From Tubiluchus corallicola (taxonomy: Eukaryota; Animalia; Priapulida), in NCBI GenBank assembly GCA_030141605.1, contig JAQGDQ010000260.1, forward strand, positions 257,283-321,282: DNA of 64,000 nt. Direction: 5' to 3'. The stretch's first letter is position 1. Each line of letters opens with the position of its first letter. The notes below the pieces were generated by a model. It searched no databases, was not told the origin of the DNA, and saw only the letters and a program-made list of their open reading frames with translations. Position numbers and translations under genes: made by a program. Positions 1-10,900 of the stretch are shown here, in pieces.

Positions 1-270
1 TCCTCTCCTCTCCTCCTCTCCTCTCCTCTCCTCTCCTCTCCCTCTCTCCCTCTCTCCTCTCCTCTCCTCTCCTCTCTCCTTCCCTCTCCCTCCTCTCCTC
101 TCCCTCCTCCTCTCCTCTCCTCTCCTCCTCTCCTCTCCTCTCCTCTCTCCTCTCCTCTCCTCTCTCCTTCTCTCCTCTCTTCCCTTCCCTTCTCTTCCCT
201 TCTCTTCCCTTCCATTCCCTTCCCCCCTTCCCTCCCTTCCCCTCCCATCCCCTTCCCTCCCCTCCCCTTC
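1..270. repeat. Polypyrimidine (CCTCT)n/(CCCTT)n simple repeat
   Basis: Seen directly. Confidence 0.95.
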
Positions 271-411
271 AGTTCCCATATATTTTTCTCCCTTTTCTGC
301 CGTTTTTCTTTCTTTCCTATGGCTTATATACTCCCCGTCTTATCTTTTTTCTTATTTTTATCAGTCTTTTGAAAAAATAAAGCTAAAGAAAACGAATGCG
401 GCCCAACTTAC

Positions 412-593
412 ACTCCACAAAAACGTTGAATGTTTGCACAACACTCCCAGCTCCATTTGATCCTCGGCATTCGTAAATACCCTGATCGTAATACGTAGCA
501 TTCTCTATTACTAGTTCATGCCTGTTGTTCAGTATCATCGCTTTTTTGGGCATCGTTCCATTCACTCTTCTCCAGTTTACTTCAGGCGCTGGT
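412..593 (-). CDS. Ig3 second-half exon (PAPEVNWRRVNG...DQGIYECRGSNGAGSVVQTFNVFVE)
   Basis: Acceptor ttttacag, donor T|gtaagt; 182 nt, phase 2 to 1; DxGxYxC motif. Confidence 0.92.
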
Positions 594-3500
594 CTGTAAA
601 AATAATTATAGATTCAGGCACTTTCATGCTTCCATTTTAATATGTCTATGTTGTTAATAACATAAGATAGCAAAACATAACACAGTACAACACGACACCA
701 CACAACACGACACCACACAACACAACACGACACCACACAACACAAAACAATTCAACACGATGCAACACAATATAACATAAACTTTATTGGCGATTGTCAA
801 TTTAAATGTCTGATTAAATGGTTTTCGTATTTCATGGCTGTCAAACAACTGCTTTTGATACGCCTAACCCAGTTATTTGAACAAGACTAATAAGAAAAAC
901 CAAAGGAAAAAGAGGTTACTTCAGAACTGAAAAGCGGTTAATCAGACTGCCTATTTGTAACACATTTGATTCTAATTACTGATACAACTTTGTAATTAAT
1001 AAAAAAAGCTTAGCGAGTTTTCTCGACGTATTCAAGAAGAACCTCTCACGTCCACTTACTTTCCTCCAAAGACACACATAAGATGAATGGCTTCCCCAAA
1101 GAGGAACATCATTTCCGGATCCGGTAAAAATAAAGGCTCTGGAGGCAGCTCAACAATTGGCTTCGAATCTGAAGAAAAGTAAAAAAGTCAAAGTCGCTGC
1201 AGGTAATTAACTTTTAACAAGATTTTTGTGTGCGCTTATTGGGCCTACAACGATTTGCAAAAAAGACACTTGATAACTGGTGATGGCAGCACTGATGCCA
1301 TTACAGATACCGAAATATTTATATGTTATTCACACTCAACTGTAAAATACATGATGATGATGATGATGATTTTGATGAAGACGATGATGATGATGATGAT
1401 GATTTTGATGACGACGACGACGATGATGATGATGATGAAGATAATGACGATGATGACGATAACGATGATGATGATGATGACGAACTTACGTCCCATTAAA
1501 TTTTGTTAATTCATATAAACACTCAGTTACCCTCCTTGCCCATTTGTAAGCTTCACAAACAATTTTTCAAACGTTGAAAATTTACATCATTGCTCGACGC
1601 TCATTTCTAACCGTGATAAGCAATTTATCAAACTTTAAAAATTTGCAACATTGAGGACCAACTGTCTTGCATGGCGGCAATGAAAAAGTGAATTCTACCA
1701 ACTTACTTGAATCTAGTTTGACAGCTTGCACTCCACCCTCGGTGGTGTTCGGCTGAGCAAAAGGACTGAGTGCCAGACAGCCATAAAATCTGTCCGTGTC
1801 CTCTCGGCGAACGTCCGTGAAGTGAAGTTGACCACTGACATCGTGGACAATGTGTTCGTCGAGTTGCACAGCTTGCCAAGCTGAAAATAGATATTTATGA
1901 CATTCGGTTAGTTAGTAATTCTACTAGTATAAAATATTAAGATCATGCCTTGATTACAAGGAACAAAGCGGTAAAGGAAATGTAAAACGTTGAACTAGTA
2001 CCTCAGAGGTTCTTGGTTCAAGACTGGGTTTAGCCTGGGGTTTTTTATATTTCTTCTCGACTATTTCTGATTCAAATATTTTGTCAACTATGACTTATTT
2101 CACTCTCATTTTTATAATCTTTATGTAAAATTGCTTAATTACCTACATACTACTGTAGGTTCAAAAAGTGAACACGAGAATGTTAGAATTGGCGTGCAAT
2201 GGATAAAATCAGAACCTTTCTTAGTGACAATAGAATAAGAAATCAGCTTGTCTAATACACTGAACTTATAGCTTGTAGAGGGCCACAATTTACTGCAACA
2301 CTTGAAAACCTGAACGCATTTACTGTGTACGCCACATTTACTGCAACCACACATGAATGCATTTATCGTCTCTTCTCCATTTACTGCAACCACACATGAA
2401 TGCATTTATCGTCTCTTCTCCATTTACTGAAACAATAGCTAAATGCATTTGCTGTCTTTGCTGCATTTACTGCAACAATACCTAAATGCATTTACTGCCT
2501 TTGCTGCATTTACTGCAACAATATCTGAATGCATTTACTGTCTCTGCTGCATTCACTGCAACAATATCGAAATGCATTTACTGTTTCTGCTCATTTATTG
2601 CAATAATATCTGAATCATTTACTGTCTTTGCTGCATTTACTGCAACAATATCTAAATGCATTTACTGTCTCTCGTGCGTTTACTGTAACAATACCTAAAT
2701 GCATTTACAGTCTCTCCTGCGTTTACTGCAACAATACCTAAATGCATTTACTGTCTCTTCTGCATTTACTGCAACCACACGTGAATGCATTTATCGTCTC
2801 TGCTGCATTTACTGCAATAATATCTGAATGCATTTACTGTCTTTGCTGCATTTACTGCAACAATACCTAAATGCATTTACTGTCTCTCCTGCGTTTACTG
2901 CAACAATACCTAAATACATTTACTGTCTCTGCTGCATTTATTGCAACAATATCCGTCAGTGCATTCATTGTAACTACGAACCTTCTGGCACTATACCGCT
3001 GGGTGATATTGGCTGCGATCTCCACACAATCTGGGGTAAAGGATACGACTCGTTAAGTGATGGACAGCGGAGCGTCAAAGGTTGACCCTCCACTACCATA
3101 TGCTGTTGTATGTTGTTTCCTTGTTGTGGATACTGCTGTAGTGCTAAAGAAAATTGGAAACAGTTCGTTATTGTAATTTTAATTAAGCTTTTCATTAAAC
3201 ACTGCGATTCTGAACTGGGTTTACACGAAAAGTAAAAAGCAAAAAAATGGAAAGAAAAAGAGGGGAAAGAGAGAGAAGAAAAACAGAAACCGGTAGAGGT
3301 ATGAGAAGAGATGAAAAAAGCAAGAGATAAAGGAGAATTGGTTGGAGAGAAAGTCAGAAAGAAAAAAGAGGAAAGGGGAGGGAAATCAGTAAGAAACAGA
3401 AATAGGAGAAGAAAGAAAGAAGGAAAGAAAGAGAAAGAGACTGAGAGAGAGAAAGAGAGAGACAGAGAGACTGAGAGAGAGAAAGAGAGAGACAGAGAGA

Positions 3501-4891
3501 AAGAGAGAGAATATTGTCCCTTACTCGCCATGGTCAGGAATATCCTATGCGAAACTGCTACGCCATATGTATTGTTAGATATACATTGATAAACGCCTTC
3601 GTTGTCTTTACTAAGATTATCCAAATTTAGATTTCCCTTTTTAACGATTTCCTTAATAAATGTGTCATCTTTGATCCAAGAGTATCTGAAGAAGAAAAAC
3701 GAATAAAGCTTTCACAGCTCCAGTGATTGATGATTATCAAGAAAAGGTCGAAACTTAAGTGTACCACACAACGCATTTGTGTACATTTCACAAAGCCTCG
3801 CAGCCCGTAACCGTTTTAACAGCCAGCTAGAACCTTACCTAGTTCATTTTTTATTGTTCCCAAGCAAGACCCTCCTAGTAAATAGCTCTAAGTAAAGTTC
3901 AACTTAAACAACTGAAATTATTGAACTAATGCGGCAGACGGCCTTGCTTTACCCACAGTCACGTATCGGTCGTAGTTAAGACGCGTTGCTGTGGTACACT
4001 TGACCTTTAACCTACAGCAAATGCACGTGCACACAACGACACTGTGAAAAGGCTTATTGATTGCAGATTAAATTAAAGAAATTGTGAACACAAAATACAC
4101 GAAGCAAAGAAAAAGTGGTCAAGGAAAAGGAAGAAGATAGCAAACGCTCCATTTCTCCCCCAAATAAAAGTGGATAAAAAGGAACTTACGTTGGGTTTGG
4201 ATTTCCCACTGCAGCACATTCCAGAGTTACCGTAGCTCCAGGCGTAAAGACAATCTCTGGATGAGGTACAGCTGTAAAGAGTGGAGGTGTTCCAACGCCA
4301 TCTAGAAAACAAATTACAGAAATAAATTCACATTGCACACTATTAAGAATTAACGGTGATTACAATTTACTGTCGAAGTAGTGTAGCAAATTTGTTGACA
4401 AAAACACAAGAAGAGCACCAAAAAAGCAACGGGTTCCATACGCTGCAACCCAAAGGGGGTGGCAGCTAGAAATAGAGCGTGTGTGACGTTTTGCCATTTC
4501 ATGAGTTTAAGTAGGCGCAGGTCTATTATAAAAAATGTTTTTGGGTGCTTTTTACTTTTTCTGTTTTTATCTATACCTAGTACTCATAATGTTGTACAAT
4601 TCACAATTATTATTAATCGTACGTTGCAATTAACTCATTAACTACTAATAATCGCAATTTGTCTTAATTGGACTAATGTAATTCGTACGTTGTGTAAACT
4701 GTGTTACCCCGAAATTCATAATTCCTTGTGAAATTATCAGTTAAGATTATATTAGCCAAATTACTTTATTCAAAATTAAATTGTAGTGAAACGTCGTGCC
4801 TTTTCTGATTGTGAGTTCATTATTATATTATTATTGTTGTGGTGGTGGTGGTGGTCGCCGTCGTCATCGTCGGCATCATCATCATCATCAA

Positions 4892-4952
<61 letters not shown>

Positions 4953-7900
4953 TCGTTTTAATCCGTAATTTATAATGTTTACTGTATTGTACTGTTTAGA
5001 TATTCCCTAAAAAGCAGCTCAGTCTTGTTTTTGCGTTTCTGTAAGTAGACGGCCATCGCTCAAAGTATTGCCAAAGCTATTATGAGTGTGATGCTTCTGT
5101 TTATGTTGATGCTTGTAGAAAGACCAGGATTCAATTCACTTCACTCTCTTTCTTACTTCCTTTTCTATTTGAAACTATGAGAACAAATCCAGGAAATAAA
5201 GTCACAGGTAAAGAAGTCACATTAAATCAGTCACAGGAAAAAAGTCACAGGAAAAGAAGAAATAACCCTAACCCTAACTCTAACTTCCTTCTCTATTTGA
5301 AAATACCTGAATAAACCCAGCTTATAAAGTCACAGGTAAAAATATAACCCTAACCTCAAACTCTAACCCCAATCCTGGCTTTAACTCTGACTTGAATATT
5401 TTTGCCTGATTACCTGACTTTCTTTCATAGCCGAAATTGTGACTTTTTTAGCCACCGTAAATTAATTGTGACAGTTTTGCTGTGATTTTTTTCCTAGCTA
5501 AAATTGTGACTTTTTTCTGTTACTTTTTCCCCCTGTGACTTTTATTACCAGGTACCATTTGAACAAACCAAACCACGCAGTTCTTAACCCACTTCAAGAA
5601 TTAATTTCTTTGTGCCTAGAATTGTTAGCCAAAACGAGAATTCTAGTCACACGAAACAAATCCGACATTATGAAAATTCGGCTCACGCCAGTCAAATTAA
5701 AATCACAAAGGTTGCTTCGAATCAGCAACAAATTACAACATGCTAGGAGTCAGTCACTTTTCTCTGCTGCAGTGGTTGCTTTAAACTGATAAAAGCAGTT
5801 ATTAAGACAACAATAGACACGTCATGCCCTACTTGTATGTAATTCAGATGCTCGAATAACATTTTAAATAATTATGATAATTAAACCCAGTGCGTTCAGA
5901 CTGCGTTACGCATTAATTGACAATGTCTTGCGTTTTTTGATGCAAAAATATACAATGCTTATTAAACAGGTCAGGTCTGGGCAAAGGGATTGAACTCTTG
6001 GTATTTTAGAGTGATCAGTAACAGTAATTTGTACAACAAGAAATATTCTTTTCAATGCAACGTTTATTGCAGCAAAATGGTAAATAAAGCGCAGTAACTC
6101 GAATTTGCAAGTGAGAAAGAATTTGGCTAAGATTCTGAACGTGGTCATAGGGTAAACATCTTAATATATAGTTTTGCAAAAAAAACAAACTCGCGAGATT
6201 AATGTTATTGCGTCAAATTCAAGTTATGATCGAAGCAGATCTGCCAAGAGAAACGTAAGATTAAAATTCAAAGTAGTTTAGGATTTAAACTAAGTCTGAT
6301 CCGATGCAATGCTCAGGCGAAATATGATGGTCAATGAAAAAATGCTGCTCATTGGGTAAACATCACTTTTGACATAAAATAACGTAGACCACCCACATAT
6401 TTTACACATTTAACAGTATAAAACTTTATGTTAGACGTATTTATTTAAAACCAACTTTATGTGCCCTTTATATAGTGTTACAAAAAGACGCCACTTGTCT
6501 AATTGTCTGGGAAACTGTAACATTTCTCGAGGCTGTTTATGTGATTCAAATGTTTAAATCTAACAAGATCGTATTTAGCTGTGACATTTATTAGCACAAG
6601 AGACTGTGTCTTAGTTAAATTAATAAGTCTTGAGATTTGTCCATCTTCATGAACTTGATGATAATTGACAGCAAAGTGCGCACAAAGAGATTGTATTCTA
6701 ATGGTACAGTTGTTTATCTGAATAATGATAATAATGGTGACCTACATCATCATCATTTAACGTGGTAATTGTGCTACAAAGTCGCAACACAATAATTCAA
6801 ATAATGCAACACGCCAACGCCATTTATTCTATTTTTCTCAAGCAGGGCAAACAGAAAGTTAATAACACCGACGGGAGTACAATAACAACGCAAAAACGGC
6901 AGTCGATCATGGTACCTTACAGATTTCTTACAGATGAGAATTAGTGGTAGACAGTAGGGGTGAGCATTGAACGTTCGAGTTCGAACGAGTTTTTGTTAGT
7001 TCTAACTCGCTTCGAACATAAAACTATAGATTCGAATAATTCAGCATTTCCATCACACCTGTTCTTTAAAATTAAAACGACTGAAACATCATACAATTAG
7101 CATAAGCTGTGATTTCTGTGCACAGTTTTAAGCAGATTATTAGTCGTTTTATTGCAGAACAAAATCAAGTGATATGCATGATCTTTGTAAGACTAATTGT
7201 TACTAGTGGTTCGAAAACTTGTTCGAAAATCTTTTAATCTCCGTTCGAATTCGAAACACTGAAGTTCGGTTCGATTCGAATTCGAGAGTCACAAATTCGG
7301 TTCGATTCGAATCCGCTTTCTGGTAGAAAATGTTCACTCCTAGTAGACAGAAGTTATCATGGCATACAGTGTTTACGATTTTAACAGCAAGCGTTGAAAG
7401 ACAAAACTCTGTAACAGTGTTACAATAGTGACAAGACAATGACAATGGCGACATCATGGTAGCCATTCCGTGTTCGTCCGTCACCGTTTATCCAGCTCAA
7501 CTACTAGCCCCCAACCACTACGTTTTAATCATCTAGTAATTTTTTCTAGTTCAAATGTTGTTTCTGTTGCTCTGCACGTTATTTAGAATGGGCGAACTTT
7601 TATAAGCAAGTCACAGGCGTACGAGCCAAGGGGGCTGCAGCCCCACCCCCGGTTTCTGGCAAACACATTTTTTGCGAACAATCACGACATTTTTCCGGCT
7701 TAGGCCAAATGATGAAAAATATAAAATAATTATTTTTATAAAGGGAAATCTTGAAATTTCTCCAGGCCGCCAAATGAAGTGCCCGAAATCCGTGCATTTT
7801 TTTATCATAGGGTGGGGTGAGACAATTCCTGATTCAAAGTTGACCCTGAATTTTTCGGGCAAAATTCGTTCAGCTTCCTTGGAAAAATCGGCCCGTACAC

Positions 7901-10900
7901 CTATGAAGCAAGGAGTTGGGCTGAAGTTAAATTGGCTACGTATATATTTTCAGCGTGAAAGTATTTTGTATGCTATTGAGACTAATAACTCTGCGAAAAA
8001 TCACCTTTAACATCTATTGTGGATTTGTGGAACTAATGAATTTATTACGAATTAGACAAATTGAACTAGTATACGCAGGGGAAAAACTAGTGCCGAACGA
8101 GCTAAAAACAATAAATATAAAAACATAAAAGACACGATCTGTACAGAGTGATGCACCAATGGATTTAGAATGTTGAGAATTAAAAGTTCATATTTACCTA
8201 CAGAGCTCAGCTTTAATGATATTGCTTCCTGTTCTTACAAGATTTTAAGAGACGCATGGTATTCAGCACTACAAAGCTAGAAACGTATACATGGTTTCTT
8301 ATTGTTATAACAATGGACAAGAAGTATGTACAATTAAGCAGATACCACTGATTGATCCAGTACAGAACGACAGAGTCAAGTACAAGACACTTGGTCTGTC
8401 TATAAGATTGCTCAAGTTTATAATCTTGACTAAACCCATTGCAAACACAAAACGTTTATTTCTGTTGACAGAAGAGATGATGTAGACCCAGATTTCGAAT
8501 TCTTGACTCTTGACTTTTCATCAATGGCGTGATAGGTCGGATTTTGCATCAAACACGCTGTAATGAAGAAACTAGTTTTGCTTGATAGTGCAGTTGCTGA
8601 AATCATCTGTGTCAAAAGTGCAAATAATAGAACAAATAACATAATGGCAGTTATAACTGTTAGATGAAAGAAGGTTTATTTGTCTTTGATTTATCCGACG
8701 TCTGCTGGAAAATTTCAAGAAATCTTGTGAATAATTTTCTCTGAAAACTTTATACTTTTGACACGTTTACCGTCATAAGTATGCTTATAGATAACTTATA
8801 GATAGTCACTTTAATAGCTTTTGATGAAACGCGTGACACTTTCAACACCAACTTACATGTATTTGTTTTTTAAAACTGTTCAATGCAGCTAACTGTTCAA
8901 TCAGAGAAACTGTCATGTTCTGTAATGATGTATCATAGGTTCTATTCACCGTATGTTTCTTTTTTGTTGTATTGTTGTAGCCTTGTAAATGCAATAAATT
9001 TATATAAATTCATTATCACATTATAAGAAATCTTTTTCCCAGGCGCGTTTAGTCACAAGGAAATCAATTTTAAAGTTTTACCTCTAAATTATAGGTAATA
9101 AATGTGTAAAATTTGCTCACACAAACCAGAATAATGGCGTCTAAACTCTAAAGATTCTAAAAAATAAAAAGGCGTTATTTAGTTGTCACGATAAACGCTA
9201 ATAATTACTGTAATTAGAACGACTATTACAGTTTCAGATACCATTACAGATAACTTGGTCGAAAATGCACACCCCGTTAAGACAAATGTGACAGCATTTT
9301 GCGTAACAAGGTAGTTAGTGTCAATTAAGGACCTGGTGGAACATGAGAAGGTTCTGAACTTCAGATCATTAACGCTGGTGTCAGTCTTTTTTCTAAGCAA
9401 TTAACTTACTAAAGAGCTCTTCAGCTGTGCATCAGTTCTGTCCTCAGGTTTTGAAATTGAGAATTCACTGGAGCAGATAGATTTTTAGGCAACTGAACTC
9501 TTCCAGCATGTGCCCCATTTCCGTAGGCGTCTATTAGTATTCTAACGGGTCCTTTGTCTTTTCCTTTGGTCGTTAAGACAAGTTACTCTATATACAGTAA
9601 AATATCTTACAGCACGGCTTATTTCTTGCTTCCATAACCTTTAAGTTTAAATGAAAATTTCCTTCTGGTTTGGGTTGAATTTGAATTTTCATCAGTTTCT
9701 CATTTTTTAAGCAACAACACAATTTGTTAACTATTAAATTTGGTAGGTGAACAGGGCCGGATTGAGGCCACTAGGTTAATGAAATTATGGGGCTCCCAGA
9801 CGGAAATTGGAGCCACCCTCTAATTTGCTTGCGCTCGTCTCGATACTTTTGATATGTTTTAGCATTTATTTGCATTGCTAGAGGTCCCACATTTCAAGTA
9901 AAGGGGCTCAAAGAGGGGCCCTTATCTCAAACAAAGGGCCGAAAACAAGAGCCCTTAGTCTCAAATAAAAGGGCTTACACAGGCATCCTTTAAGTCAAAC
10001 GAGGAGCCACTTTAAAATCGGATTTTTAGACTTCTTGGTCTCCTTTTTAATGCTAAAGTTCCTGGCCTCTAATTTTATTTTAAGTTATATGAATTATTCA
10101 GCAGTGCAAAGTATGCCCCCCAAGCTTGAGGAACCCAAGGCTTATAGTAGCCTATAGGGTAATCCAGCCCTGTAGGAGTGGTAGATTACTAATCGATGCG
10201 TTTTTACTGCCTACTGACGGAAACTTAATTTGAATTTTTTAATCGTTAGACTGACAGTGAAAATTTATTATTCCACAGGAGCTACTGTCTACACTATACT
10301 TGTAAAGTATTTAGTAGTCCCTTGATTCACCCGAATGAATTGAACTTGGGGACTTTTCAGATGTTCTTGTAAAGTTACCAAGAATTGAAATCAACTTTTC
10401 TCGCTCACTTCTTCAGGAGTTGTTTGAGGGCGACGACCGCTACTCGTGACTCCAGAACTAAGAGAACTTTTCAGTACAAAAGGCAGTGCCGTGTTTTTTT
10501 ATGCAAACCAATGTTTTCCATACAGAGCTACCCAAACAATGCCAGTGTTCACTTAGGGCAATAGGTTACAGGGAAAGGCAAAAATATGAACACAGAAAAA
10601 ATAAAAACTTTTGTAACTATTGTACTAGTGATAGTTTACCGATTAACATTGTTAGGTCAGTGAGGTTGAAATTGTTCCAGTAAAGAATTCCACAGATAAG
10701 AAGCTCGAGGAATAAGCTGCCGCTCTGCGTAGATCCAGGAATGTTGTACTGTGATCAACAGTTGTTTTAAGTATTTACATAATTCTATTAATTACTGTCA
10801 GTCGTCACATTGACATTATTGGAATACTGGACCAAGTCCTAATAGACCATTCATCCTTGCTCATGCCAAAGATTTAGCTGGTGTCCAGCATTGGGTCAAT

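Noticed and set aside
1486-1500. Donor-like GAC|GTAAGT suggesting a micro-exon between Ig2 and Ig3, as in vertebrate L1-family genes
   Set aside because: No adjacent polypyrimidine-AG acceptor found, and the flanking exons already join in frame.
2330-2960. Regular repeats superficially like a CRISPR array
   Set aside because: Head-to-tail 43-bp units with no unique spacers, in a eukaryotic intron, with no cas genes.
2974-3624. 216-aa ORF with an apparent hydrophobic or TM middle
   Set aside because: Read-through of two real Ig exons across a stop-free, pyrimidine-rich intron (3524-3144); the middle is intronic low complexity.
8430-8642. Signal-peptide-like ORF (MLFVLLFALLTQMISA) in intron 1 as an alternative L1 first exon
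   Set aside because: No good phase-1 donor near the signal-like segment (only a weak A|GTTTCT); hydrophobicity is explained by T-rich sequence. Not fully excluded without RNA data.
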